Assembly (NCBI GenBank): GCA_964016885.1
Contig: OZ024742.1
Location: forward strand, 169,198,001 to 169,262,000
Reading direction: 5' to 3'
Length of the DNA: 64,000 bases
Source: Eledone cirrhosa
Lineage: Eukaryota
Shown here: positions 1 to 12,824 of the stretch, one piece after another
Position numbering within the stretch: the first letter of the stretch is position 1
Layout: each line of letters starts with the position of its first letter
Notes under the pieces: generated by a model
Told to the model about the DNA's origin: nothing
Database searches by the model: none
Seen by the model: the letters and a program-made list of their open reading frames with translations, nothing else
Translations under genes and position numbers: made by a program

Positions 1-1125
1 TGGTTGTCTGCAAACAGAGGCCTCTTATCAACATATATCCTCATTGACCCCTTAACCACAGAACAACTAAAATCCTATTCGTATAAATTTTTCAAACTGG
101 AACTCTTAGAATGTTTCCGAAAATCTCACCAATGGGTTAGCTATATTTTTGCTCCTCCCAGTTCTTTCACACGTGCTCAACGTCTCACATGTACCTTTGC
201 CCTATTGCTGGCACTGATGCTGAGCAATGTCATGTTCCATGGTATCCCATCAGATGACCCCAACAAACAGCTGGAGCTTGGTAAACTAAAAGTATCTGTC
301 ACATCTATAGTGATCTCCATTGAATCATCACTAATAATTATTCCGCTGGGGTTTCTCATCACCCAGATGTTTATACAGGTGAAAACAAAGTCAGAGGGCT
401 TTGTTTTTGTCCAAGAAGCTAACATGAAAACAGCGAAATTGAAAGGAAAAGTTAACGAAGAGCATGAGGTGAAGAAAGCAAAGAGTGTGTCAATCCGTGA
501 CAAAAAAGTCTATAATATGCTACAAAAAATAGTTAAAGATGACAGTAGCGGTAACGATCAAAACAATGAGAAAATAAAATATCAAAACAAAGACAAAGAA
601 GCAGGTAAGGATTCGAAGAATAATACGGATGAAAATAGTGACAATGATGATGAGAAGACTATGAAAGAAATGAAAACTCCGAAAGACCAGAAAAATGGGA
701 AAGAGAAGAAATATAAAAAGATTACACAAGTCCAGCTACCCAAAAGGTTGCTACCTTGGTGGTTTGTGTACATATCGTGGACCATCACACTGTTTTTCTG
801 CCTCATTTGCACTTATTTCATCATGCTTTATGGTTTCAGATATGGCTATAGTGTGAGCTTACATTGGAGTGTGACTTTCTTGATATCCTTGCTGCAGTCA
901 ATCTTCCTCGAGCAACCATTTGAGATCATTATCATGTCAATAACTGTTCAAATGAAGACAAGTTTCAGGGCAGAAATTTTCCACATGTCCATGGTTGATG
1001 AGAATGAGGACTTCCTCACATACATTCATGATAGGTGCTACTATGAAGAGAACCAAAGCGGTGTCATACATCTGCCTCCACTGGTGGACAACACAAGCAA
1101 GAAAGAGACAATGTCAAAGAAGTAG
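1..1125 (+). CDS. Polycystin-1/PKDREJ-like receptor, paralog A; 5'-partial (end of PLAT, TM2-TM5, short tail)
   Basis: Open frame from base 1. Motifs WLS.NRG, SH.W.S.IF.PP.SSFTRAQRLTC, LLPWWFVYISW and W...FL.SL.QSIFLEQP are typical of the PKD1-like PLAT-to-TM5 region. Collinear with the ORF at 12825-17354. AATAAA at 1187-1192. Confidence 0.85.
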   Translation, partial: WLSANRGLLSTYILIDPLTTEQLKSYSYKFFKLELLECFRKSHQWVSYIFAPPSSFTRAQRLTCTFALLLALMLSNVMFHGIPSDDPNKQLELGKLKVSVTSIVISIESSLIIIPLGFLITQMFIQVKTKSEGFVFVQEANMKTAKLKGKVNEEHEVKKAKSVSIRDKKVYNMLQKIVKDDSSGNDQNNEKIKYQNKDKEAGKDSKNNTDENSDNDDEKTMKEMKTPKDQKNGKEKKYKKITQVQLPKRLLPWWFVYISWTITLFFCLICTYFIMLYGFRYGYSVSLHWSVTFLISLLQSIFLEQPFEIIIMSITVQMKTSFRAEIFHMSMVDENEDFLTYIHDRCYYEENQSGVIHLPPLVDNTSKKETMSKK

Positions 1126-2135
1126 GACCTAGAAGCAAACTTAGCTTATAATCAGAAACCAAACTTCAAGACAGAGAAACAAACTAAATAAACATAGACT
1201 TTTGTGGGGTCAGTACCTCTGCTTGTGAACTGATCTGTTCCGCTGATGACCTGTCCAACCCTTACTAACAAGAAAAGTGGACATTAAACAATGATGATGA
1301 TGTATTTCATTTTTTTTTCAATAAACTATAAAGAAACTCTTCTCTTACCAACCTGTCAAGATTATTTGATCTCTAAATATGTAATTTCATAAACTTGGTA
1401 ACAACGTTTCTAAATCATTTATTGACAAAACAGTTAAACATTATTTTAGACAGACCAACATATATAGCAACATCGTTTCTGTCAGCTTTCACTAAATATA
1501 TATTTCAATTGGAAGTTAGATGGTGTTTGGTCCAGAACTTTTCAAAATGCGATCTGGTAAAATACATCACACCAAAAATAGTAGGAAACACCTCCAGAAA
1601 TCTGGTGGAATCATTAGCTAATACTGATAAATACATTTATAAATACATATATTTATTTTTTTATTTATTTAATCAATGTAAACATCGGTATAGAGTTAGT
1701 AGTAAGCCATGTCAGACTAGAGGTCGTGTCCAGTACCCCTTACAGTTAAAAAACAAAACTAAGAGAGAGAGACTGGACTGTGAGAGAAAAAAGGAAGACT
1801 ACGATTGACAAAAGAAGCATAAATAAAGTATAAATAACATATCGGCAAACCTCCTGCTTTCATGTATGTGTCTGTGTGTGTTTGCATGTAAATATATTAT
1901 ATATATAATTATATATATATATTTCGTTTCTGAATTTGTTTAGCAAGATTCTTTATCTGAAATCTTGTGTTGAAACCGATATTGTTATACTTTGGGAGGG
2001 TCATGTTGCCAATAAGAAACACACGCACCAGTTGCTTTCACTTCAATTTATTATAATAAATTTATAATAAATTTATAAATTTATAAATTTCTGGTTGGTT
2101 GGTTGGTTCCAAAACCAGATAGTTGTTTATATATT

Positions 2136-2178
2136 GTCATAGTTCTTTCGTCACACACTGTGACCTCTTCAGTGACTG
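2136..2178 (-). ncRNA. Minimal type I hammerhead ribozyme motif (left arm copy)
   Basis: Minus strand reads gtca-CTGAAGA-ggtcac agtgt gtgac-GAAA-gaac-TA-tgac. Confidence 0.65.
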
Positions 2179-3437
2179 GGGATTCCTTTCTTTGTTTCTG
2201 TGCCTCTCCTTTGTTCTGTCCTACGCCATTTTGTTTCTGTGTGTGTGTTGTGTGCTCAGTCTGCGCATGCGCCACATCCGGGTGTCTGTGTGTGTTTATG
2301 TTCATTTATTTATTTGTTTATTTACATGTTACTGGTTGGTTGTTTGTTCTATGTGTGTGTGTGTTTTCATTTTGTCCTTAATTGTAAGTTGTGATGTTGC
2401 TGTTCCACTCATATTTTCTATTTAATTTTGGTTGTAATTCTTTTATGTTTATTGCTTCTGTGATTTGTCTAAACATTGCGTCTTTTCTGTGTGTAGATTC
2501 TATTTTTATTTCTATGTTCTCTAATTTACCCTTCTGTTCTATTTTAGCATGTTGGTAGAGTACAGATGATTCTTTACTATCTTGAAGGTCTCGCCAGTGT
2601 TCATTTATCCGTTCCCCTACACTACGAGCTGCCTCACCTATGTACACTATATTTTTGTCTCTACATTGTCCTTCAGTATATCTTATGCTATACACTACAT
2701 TTCTAGTTTTACAGTTAATATGGGGGCTTATTTTACAGGTTATACATTTCTTATCTATACATGAGGGTCTTTGAAAAGGGTATGTCTTGCTAATAAGTGT
2801 TTTTACGGAGGTACCTGGTACTTATTAGCAAGACATACCCTTTTCAAAGACCCTCATGTATAGATAAGAAATGTATAACCTGTAAAATAAGCCCCCATAT
2901 TAACTGTAAAACTAAAAATGTAGTGTATAGCATAAGATGTACTGAAGGACAATGTAGAGACAAAAATATAGTGTACATAGGTGAGACAGCTCGTAGTGTA
3001 AGGGAACGGATAAATGAACACTGGCGAGACCTTCAAGATAGTAAAGAATCATCTGTATTCTACCAACATGCTAAAATAGAACAGAAGGGTAAATTAGAGA
3101 ACATAGAAATAAAAATAGAATCTACACACAGAAAAGACGCAATGTTTAGACAAATCACAGAGGCAATAAACATAAAAGAATTACAACCAAAATTAAATAG
3201 AAAATATGAGTGGAACAGCAACATCACAACTTACAATTAAGGACAAAATGAAAACACACACACATAGAACAAACAACCATACAGTAACATGTAAATAAAC
3301 AAATAAATAAATGAACATAAACACACACAGACACCCGGATGTGGCGCATGCGCAGACTGAACACACAACACACACACAGAAACAAAATGGCGTAGGACAG
3401 AACAAAGGAGAGGCACAGAAACAAAGAAAGGAATCCC

Positions 3438-3482
3438 CAGTCACTGAAGAGGTCACAGAGTATGTGACGAAAGAACTATGAC
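3438..3482 (+). ncRNA. Minimal type I hammerhead ribozyme motif (right arm copy)
   Basis: gtca-CTGAAGA-ggtcac agagtat gtgac-GAAA-gaac-TA-tgac, downstream of the GIY-YIG ORF, where PLE hammerheads normally lie. Confidence 0.65.
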
Positions 3483-3623
3483 AATATATAAACAACTATC
3501 TGGTTGTGGAACCAACCAACCAACCAGAAATTTATAAATTTATAATAAATTTATTATAATAAATTGAAGTGAAAGCAACTGGTGCGTGTGTTTCTTATTG
3601 GCAACATGACCCTCCCAAAGTAT

Positions 3624-3675
<52 letters not shown>

Positions 3676-3689
3676 CTCACTCTTACAGT

Positions 3690-6600
3690 GAAATCCAAAA
3701 CTTCAGAACTGCCACTACCAACGTCAGCACAATGAAAGGAAGATCAAAAGAGATTGTAAAGATGCTAGAACAAAAGAAAGTTGATGTATGTTGTGTACAA
3801 GACACCAGATGTTAAGGAATGACAGCTAGATTCCTTGGGGGGGGGGGGGCAATGCTACATTTTCTGGGTGGAGTAGGTATTAAGTTACCAGAAAATGGGT
3901 TGATAAGGTAATTGCTGTAAATAGAGTGAACAACAGAATCATTAAACTTAGACTACTCCTAAATAGAATAACTGTAACAATTATATTTACATATGCACCT
4001 TAATCTGGACTGTGACAAATTAAAAAAACAGGTTTTTTACAAATCCCTAATGCACACAACTTTCCTAATGAATGAAGATGACTGTATAATCATTGCAGGT
4101 AACTTTAACAGGCATGTGGGGCAACATTGTGATGCCTTCTATGGAACTCACTGAGGTTTGGGGTTCAGCCTGAGAAATGAGGAAGGTTTCAGGCTCCTGG
4201 AATTCTGTGATATCAATGATCTATCTATCTGTAACACAAACTTAAAACAAACAGACAATTACTTGATCACCTATAGATCAGGTGAGCATGCCAGTCAGAT
4301 AGATTTTATCATCACCAGAAGATGAGATAGAGTATCGGTTATAAACACAAAGTCCCTACCTGGTGAAGAATGCACCTCTCAACATAACCTAATAGTTAGC
4401 AACCTTATAGTTAGGGCTAGATGAACTCAGAGACAAAGGGCAATCTGGAGAAGAAGGATATGGATATTAACAGAGCTCTCAGCCTGTAACAAATTTATAG
4501 GTATGTTGCTTGATGCTTTTGAGAGTAAAGAAAAACAAATAGAGATATACAATATAGAGGAGCAGTGGGGTTCCTGAAAGATAATCTGCTGAAGACAACA
4601 AATGAAATGTGTGGCTGGAGTAGGTCTCTAGGAGAAGGGGAGTGACTTTGTAGTGGAATAGTAGAGTGGATGAGACAAAGCCAAGAAACAGGCATGAAAG
4701 AATGGCAGAATGGAGAAAGTAGAGAACACTACCAGGATACTAGGAGAGAAGTTAGGCAACAAGTATACTTTGCAAGGAGGAGAACAGAAAAGGAAAAAAT
4801 TAAGCATGTTATGCAACATGAGGACCAAAGGCATGAGATGTTCAGGATTGCAAGGCAATGTTTCAGGGAAAATTGTAATGTTGTTGTGGAGAAGTGTGTC
4901 TAAGATGATAATGATGTATTTGCCCTCTATGACACAGAAAAGAAAGTAGAATGGAAGTGTCAGTATGAAAGACTACTAAATAGAAATGTACGCAAGGAAG
5001 ATAGTCTGCCCCAATTGGGCCCAGTAGATGGGCCAGCTGTGCAAATCTGCAGCAGTGAAGTAAGAAAGGCAATTAAGGATATGAAACAGACAAAACAGCT
5101 GGACCATCAGGGATAGTTGCCAAGATGCTGAAAGTATGTGAGCATGGTGGGTTACAACTTAACCATCCATATTGCAAACCAAGTAATACAAAATGGTGTC
5201 ATACCCAATGACTGTTGTTGCAGCATCATTGTCAACTGCTTCAAGGGCAGAGGAGATGCACTAGATAAAGAAAAGCAGAGGCATCAAGTTGATGGACCAG
5301 GTTATGAAAGTAACAAAAAGAATTATAGCGCAGCTGATTAGAGACCGAGTTAACCTAGATGAGATGGATTTGTGCAAGGTAAAAATACCACTGGTGCCCT
5401 CTTCCTTGTGAGGCAACTGCTAGAGAAGTACCTAGCTAAAAGTAAGCCTCCCTAAATGGAATTTGTTGACTTAGAGAAAGCTTTTGAAAGAGTCCTCAAT
5501 TCCATAGTCTGGTGAGCTCTTAGAAAATTACGAGTAGATGAGTGGCCTGTGAAGGCAGTACAAGCCATTATAGAGGAGCAGTTAGCAAGGTTAAAAGTAA
5601 TAATGACTATACTGAAGAATTAAACATGCTGGTAGGAATCCATCAGGACTCAGTTCATAACCTTCTCTTTATTATCGTCCTGCAGTCTATATCAAAAAAG
5701 TTTAAGCCTGGCTGCCCATGGAACCTCCTGTATGTAGATTATCTAACACTCATAGCTGAATCTATGGAATAATTAAAGAAAAAATTCCAAACCCGGAAAC
5801 AAGGCCTAGAATCAAAAGATCTTAAAGTCAACTTGGCAAAGACTAAAGTCCTAATATCTCTAAAGGAAAACAGGAGCCAGATTCCCTCAGGTAAATGGCC
5901 ATGCTTAGTGTGCAGGAAAAGAGTAGGTAGAAATTCCATCCTATGTCCCAAATGCAAACTAGGGTTACACAAGAGATATAGTGGGATCTCAGGTAGGCTA
6001 GCAAAGAACAGGTTTTGTATGTGATCAATGCACATGAGCAGTAAGTAGTTAAAGCTCACATGATACTAGCTTCTTTAAATACCCTAAGGGCTCTATAGAA
6101 GTAGTTGATAGTTTCTGTTACCTAGGGGACCAAATTAGCAGTAGAGGGGGGGGGGGGGTCCTGAAAGTATAGTAGACAGAGTGAGAATGGGATGGAAAAT
6201 GTTCAGGGAGCTATTACTGCTGCTAGTTACAAAAGATTTTTCCCTCAAAATGAAAGGCAGACTGCATGAAGCATGTAAGAAAGACCTGGATAATATGTGC
6301 AGAGGACCTATGAAGGTTAAAAAGAAATGAAGCTTGCATGTTCCGATGGATGTGTAATAGTAGTGTGCATGAAAGAGAAAACATCAGTGAACTGAGAGAG
6401 AAACTAGGCATAAGAGGAGTCATATGCAGTGTGCAGGAGAGGAGATTGTGGAGGTATGGATATATGATGCATATGGAGGATGATAGCTGTATAAAAAGGA
6501 ACAGGGCTCTCAAAAATTGACGGAAACTATGGAAATAGAAGACCTAGGAAAGCTTGGGAACAAGTGATAAAAACTGACCTTGCCAAATTACACTTCACAA

Positions 6601-7270
6601 AGGAGATTGAGATCTCTAGCGCCATGCAGTACTGCATAAGACCTACCTTCCTACATGCACACAATGAAATAAAACAAGCATGTAGGAGACATACTAGTCT
6701 ACAGTAATCTACTCTTCACCCCTCCAAATTCACTTTTCCCAGTCTTAATACCCAGCCCTCACCAGCTAAATATCCCATGCACCTCAATGATGTCGAACTT
6801 GCTAACTTGTTCCCCCAAATCCTGATACACCTTACCTTCCCAACCCACTCATACAAGCATGAAAGCTGAACATGCTCTACATCTGATCTCTCACAATAAC
6901 GTTGCCACAACAAAATGCACTAAGTCCACCCTGTATGTTGATCTGGTGTCACATCAACAAGAGCACCCAATCCATCCTATAAGGTGATCGTGCTGGTGAC
7001 ACAAGAAAAATTGCCCAGTCCACCCAGTAGCGTGGTCAGGCGGGTGACACAACAAAAACCCCAGTTCTTTCAGTGTCATGATAAAAAGCACCCAGTTCAC
7101 ACTATAATGCGGTTGGCATTAGAAGGGCATCCAGCTGTAGAAACCAAGCCAAAATACAGATCCGTATAAGCATGACATGATCTTTGGACCTGACTTGTCT
7201 CATAACATGACAACCTGTCTAACCCATGTAAGCGTGAAAAAATAGGCGTTACCTGATGATGATGATGATA
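3690..7270 (+). mobile_element. Degraded near-full-length RTE-clade LINE (APE endonuclease, RT, 3' UTR, (GAT)n tail)
   Basis: Fragments VDVCCVQDTR, IIVNCFKGRGDALD, GCPWNLLYVDYL, SGKWPCLVCRK and RRLWRYGY, with many stops and frameshifts. Confidence 0.9.
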
Positions 7271-7409
7271 TATATATATCATCATCATCATCATATATAT
7301 ATATCAACTATAAAAATAGTGAATGTGTGTATATTTATTTATTTACATATTTGTCCATCACTCACTAAAGGGAGATGACTGAGGAAGGGAGGGGTGGTGA
7401 AAAATAATA

Positions 7410-7620
7410 GAAAACAGTTCTAGCGAAATAGCTACATACATTGGCTATTGTTGGATGCCATATTTTCTAGCATAGTTACGTCCCTTTACATTCTGAGTTC
7501 AAATCCCGCCGAGGTTAACTTTGCCTTTCATCCATACGGGGTCGATAAAATAAAGTACCAGTAATGCACTGGAATAATTGCTGGCCTTGTGCCTAAAGTA
7601 GAAACAATTATTATGTTTCA
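7410..7620 (+). mobile_element. tRNA-derived SINE, family 1
   Basis: B-box-like gagttcaaatccc followed by gccgaggttaactttgcctttcatcc...gtcgataaaataaagtaccag; the same sequence recurs many times in the window. Confidence 0.8.
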
Positions 7621-8639
7621 TCCTTACGGGGTCAATAAAATAAGCACCAGTAATGTACTGGGTAATTGCTGAAAAGTAGAAACAATTATTATGTTAGTCT
7701 TTGTGTGAGTGTATGTGTGTGGGTATAAGTGTGTTTGTGTGAATATATTTATACTTGTGTGCGTGCATGTGTGATTGTATGTATGTGAGTATATGTGTGT
7801 TTGTGTGTTTATAGCACTTGTGTGAGTGTATGTGTGTTTATATTTATACTTGTGTGAGTGTAATACACTCAATATATATATTGAGCACATGAGAACAAAC
7901 TTGAATTAATGGCTAGAGTGAAGCAAAACCCTTAACGATGCTAAAAAAACAAGTGTGGATGGATACCATATATCATCGATCAGGTAGTGGAGAATCAACT
8001 CCGAAAACCATCCGGTTCATATATTACCAAAACACATCACTAAAATGTATACAGGTAATTGCTGTCTGATGAAATCCTATCTATATGGTTTACAATTATG
8101 TGTAACAGCTATTATGTAATTTTAAAAATGTGAAGTATAACCTAATTGCCTTCTACTTCATTATACATATATGTAGGTTATTTAGTAATTTTGTTGATAA
8201 TTGGAGGTGGCACCAGTATGAGTACTCAATGATATTAATTAAACATGGTGATTCTCTAGAAAGTTTGTATTTCTCGTGGTATCAGTGCCTTGTATGTTTG
8301 TAATCAGCAGAGTGTATATATTATGTATGAGATAATGCAATTTCACTTTAAAATGTTTTTTCTTCCATATTCAATATTACATGTGAGATGAACCAATCAT
8401 ATGTTCGAGGTCTTTTTCAATGTGATAGATCTGACTCCAGTATTAGTTTATTCATCACACATGTAGATTCAAACATTGATTAAGACTTTAAGTCAATCAT
8501 CTATGAAACATATGTAACATGTAATATGGAATAAAATATTTTAAAGTGAAACTTTGTTATCTAATACAATATATATACTGAACAATGTTCCCTGCAGATC
8601 CATACCCCAATTCCAGGTTGTTGTGCAACTGACTGTTGG

Positions 8640-9910
8640 AATATGCACTTATTTATGTAGTTGCTGAGATGCTGAAATCTAAGAAAGTAGGAGTTGAACT
8701 AGTCACCTGCATAACCAATCAAGTAATACAAGATGGCGTTATACTATATTCATCAATTGTTACAAGGGAAAAGGTGATGCATGAAGGCACGTGGTCAAGT
8801 GGTATATGTATGGAGTTACAATCATAATGTCGTGGCTCAATGCCTGAACTGGATTGTGTGTTGTGTTCTTGAACAAAACACTTCATTTCACAATGCTCCA
8901 GTATACTCAGCTGAAAATGACTACCAGCAGTAGCTGGGGTTTTAACGCTGTGATGGACTGGTGTCCTGTCCAGGATAGAGTCTTGAACTTTCAGTCACTT
9001 AACGCCACGGAAACCAGGATAAACACTGGCCTGGTGAGCCTCAGGGCTCGAAACAAGCTTTAGAAAAGGTGATGCACTAGGAAGAAGCAATGACAGGGAC
9101 TTATAAGAGCAGTGCAAGCCATGTACGATAAGTTGTCAGTAAGGTGAGAGTAGTAATGAGTTTAGTGAGGAATTCAAAATACAAGTTTTCATCAGTGCTC
9201 TATGCTTAGCCCACTCCTAATTATCATAGTTCTGCAGGCCATAACTGGGGACTTCAAGACAAGCTGTCTATGGGAATTTCTGTACACCAACGACCTTGTT
9301 CTTATTATCCAAATCAGTAGCAGATCAAGTGAATAAATTACACCTTTGGAAAAACTTAAGAGAATAGGAAAGAATACAGGGCCCTGTTACCTATAGGGAA
9401 GTGGACTTGCTGAATATGTAGAAAAGGAGTAGGTAGAAACTCTAAATGATGCACAGCACAATGTAAATCTTAGGTACACAGAAGGCCTGGTAATCAAATT
9501 AGTTGGGGAGGGGTGGCAATGAGAACTTAGTAGCGAGAAAAAGAACAAGATGGAAAAGGTTCAGGGAGCCTCTACCACTGTTGACAATATGTTTCTCTCT
9601 AGAAACAAAAGGTTGGCTGTATGATGCATGATTTTGCATGGTAGTAAAACATTGGCAATGAATCCAGAGAATATACAAAGTATGAAGACAAATGAAGCAA
9701 GCATGCTTTGATAGATTTGCAATGCTATTGTGTGTGAATGTCAGAGCATGAATGAGCTGAGAGAAAACCTGGGTATAATTAAAATCAGATGTAATGTGCA
9801 GTAGAGGAGATTGCACTTATATGGATATGTGGTGCATGTGAGTGATGATTGGTAGATGAACAAGTACCAATGGATCCGAGTAGAAGAAAGCTACAGTAGA
9901 GGAATGATAA
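8640..9910 (+). mobile_element. Old RTE LINE fragment interrupted by a family 2 tRNA-SINE (about 8785-9062)
   Basis: RT-like remnants resembling 5100-6500. The sequence aaaaggtgatgca occurs on both sides of the SINE. Confidence 0.65.
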
Positions 9911-10589
9911 TGATACATCATCATTGTCATCATCATCATCACATAACATACACTCTCCCTCCTAGCAAGATTTGAATGGGTCTTCCTAAACAAAGTCAGT
10001 ACTCAAGAAGAACTGCTGACCTCTCAGACAAGCCAGAATCCAACATCTCACATACATTAACACACGCAACCAAGTGCTCAGATATGCTGGGGGTGGGTGG
10101 GTCCTATGTCTTGATTACATACATATCTATGCTCTATCGAGGGAATTTTATCATGGTGATAACCCTTCCTATCGCCAACCACTTCACAGTGTACTGGGTG
10201 TGTTTATCATGTAGATCACACTACAGAGGTTGTGCTGTTAACACAACTAATGAGTACTCTTGACCATTTTTACCATGGTTTCTACAGTAGGATGCCTGAC
10301 CTATGGCCAATCATGTTACAGGATCTATCGGCTGCAATTTTCATGGCACCAACACTAGAAAAGTTGCCAGTCATTAATACAATTCCGTTAGGGAAGGGAG
10401 TACTATAAGTATGATGTCATGGATGTATGAGAGGTGTTGTGGGATTTTATTGTTTCATGAGTAAGTGGAGGATGACCTCTAATTCTATGATGTTAGCAGC
10501 TATTAAGGAGTAAAACATGAATGTGGTGGGCACATTCAGTGGTGGTGAGAAATAGCTACTAAGGAGCATGGATGGGGTGAATGTGTACA

Positions 10590-11300
10590 GTAATGGCTAG
10601 GATCACTATTAAGCCATAATATGCTGCTAGAAAGGTCTTGTTGAGTTCAATATATCAGCAGCTTTAGTGGTCCCTGTCATCTCTGTTGTGTGGTTCATTC
10701 ACCTTCTTAGAATTTTGCCTTTAACTCTCCTACAGATTTATCTACGTAGAGTTGATCATTCCAAGGTGTGATACTTTTAAACTCCTCTGTTATGGCCTGA
10801 AGGAGAATAACATAGAAATGGACTGAGAACTGAGCCCTAGTTGACTGCTACATGAACTTCAAATTCATCACTGTATTCATTGCAAATATTGCCCTTGCTG
10901 GTTGCACTTCTATACCTGGTTTGCACAGCCCTTGTGACCGATTCATCTACAATTAGCTTCCAAAGTACCCAATAGATTACAGAGCAGGAGACTGTTGAAT
11001 GCTTTCTCTAGATCCCCAAATTTTAAGTACAGAGAATTGCACTTAGCTAAGTACTTCATGTGCATGCCTCACCTGAGATAGATCATCAGTAGTGCCCCTA
11101 GTTGGCATAAAGCCTAAGAGTATAACCTTAATTGCTTTGTCTATCAAACTGCTGTCAACTTTCGCAGCTGTTCCCTCAGTTGGGTCTATATGTAGTATAT
11201 CCTTACTCTTCCATTTACTCAGCAGTTGTTCATAGTAAGTCTTTCATGTCTCTTTCTTTTCATAATCAGACAGAGGAAGTACTTTACTACCACTTCAGAT
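10590..11300 (-). mobile_element. Highly decayed RTE LINE fragment
   Basis: Reverse-strand similarity to the RT region of other RTE copies (gaatgctttctctagatc, agctaagtacttc). Confidence 0.5.
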
Positions 11301-11314
11301 ACTTTCCCCAAGAG

Positions 11315-11910
11315 GTTTTTATCTGCTGCCTGTTAGATTCAGAATAACATCCAGAAAGTTTACAGCAGTTACATTTGTATCAAGAGTAATTTTTAGGCAG
11401 AAGGACATAAAGGTTTGTATTATGTCTTTCCTTAGTCTCTCATGTGCATGAACATTGATGTTTTCTGAGATAGCTAGAGCAGCATCTCTGTACAGGCCAC
11501 AGTTGGAAATAGAACCCCATAGGTTGTCTAACAGGTATAACCCAAACAAAATGCACACATCTGCCACTTTCAATGAGCCCATGCTGACATAACAGGAGCT
11601 GCTTAGCTCAACAATTTTTAGCCATTTAGTGTATTTGCTGAGGAATAGGGCTCTCCTTGCATGCATTATTATCTTATGGTCCTTGTCATCTATGGAATGG
11701 AATCAATCAACAAAGTGTAGGGTCCTATCTAATAGGTCCCCGGAGATCAACGTGTAAAAATCTACAATGACCTATTGAAGAAACTTAGTGTTGTACTTGT
11801 TATTGATAATATTAAAATGTTTGATAATCTTCCTACTATTAGCCCACTGTGTCAAGTTACTAGTCTTACATTGTTAACATGATTTTGCTAAATATGCCAA
11901 TTTCAGATGT
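11315..11910 (-). mobile_element. Penelope-like reverse transcriptase fragment
   Basis: ORF 11319-11666 has VSMGS...ADVC.LFGLYLL...GLYRDA...VNFLDV.LNL, a decayed PLE RT motif set (MGS / GLYRDD / FLD). Confidence 0.7.
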
Positions 11911-12824
11911 AACAGAGTTTTCATGTTGTGGCTGTTGTTATTGTGGTTTAGCTCTGGTTCAGGTGTTGATTTCTTAAAAATATAACTAACTATGGATGTA
12001 CATAGGACCTATAAGAGAGGGATTCAGCAGGTGCACATGAATATCTAATGTGTACTGCCAGCTCCCCTCAAAATTCCTCTCAACACCATTGAATTTCAAG
12101 AGAATTCTCCCTCACTCCTCATGTGTGGCATTCTGGTCCACTAAACACTAAATTATAATTAAAATGAATTACTCCAGTAATGAAACAAAATGGTAAAAAA
12201 TGTCAACTTCTACATAACAATAAACTATGACATCACACTCAAATCAGACTAGTCCATTTATGGAACAACAAACACTAATAGAATACTTTTTCTTTATTTT
12301 TGTAGCTATACTCAATTTTATTTATTTATGGATATAGTTTTTTTTTTTTTTTGACAATTAAATAGGTTTATTTACAATAGTTTATAACTTTTTTGTTCAC
12401 TTATTGTTTGTCTTCATAAATTGTTCGTGGATTTTTGTTTGTTTTGTTTTTTTAGTTTTTTATCTTAGCATCTGTTGTGTTCTATACCATCATCGCCATC
12501 ATGCTGAGATATTCTTTCTTTAAATTATTTTCCACCCTTTTAATACAAACCCATCAGATACTGCTCATACTAAAGGGATTATATTTAAATCAAAGCTTCC
12601 ATCAGAATCTCATTACATTGTCAACAATATCAAGAGATTTCAGTTAGTTAACATCAACATCATATTTATTCAAATATAAAGATACTGATATTTTACTAAA
12701 AACCTCCAAAATATTGATTATATTGAAAAATACTTGAAATATATAGGCAGTTTTCTCATTAGAAATATAGTCACGAAAGGATCAATAATACAAGAGCCTG
12801 TAAGTGTTGCTTGTTGCTTTCAAT

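Larger units (their letters stand above)
1978..3630. mobile_element. Penelope-like element: 3' fragment duplicated as a large inverted repeat (GIY-YIG endonuclease plus hammerhead-bearing UTR)
   Basis: Arms about 1978-2798 and 2820-3630 are near-perfect reverse complements. ORF 2797-3240 has VVYSIRC...YIGETARSVRERINEH (PLE GIY-YIG), mirrored at 2378-2695. (TA)n flanks. Confidence 0.88.

Noticed and set aside
7495-7512. tRNA-like B-box sequences in many places
   Set aside because: They are heads of dispersed SINEs; no complete cloverleaf.
8060-8275. CTGATGA at about 8066 with a distant GAAA
   Set aside because: I could not form convincing stems I-III; at most a very decayed PLE remnant.
12804-12824. 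ORF-track start at GTG 12804
   Set aside because: Eukaryotic gene; the first ATG is 12825. A possible GTAAGT...TAG mini-intron at 12800-12855 leaves the true start uncertain.
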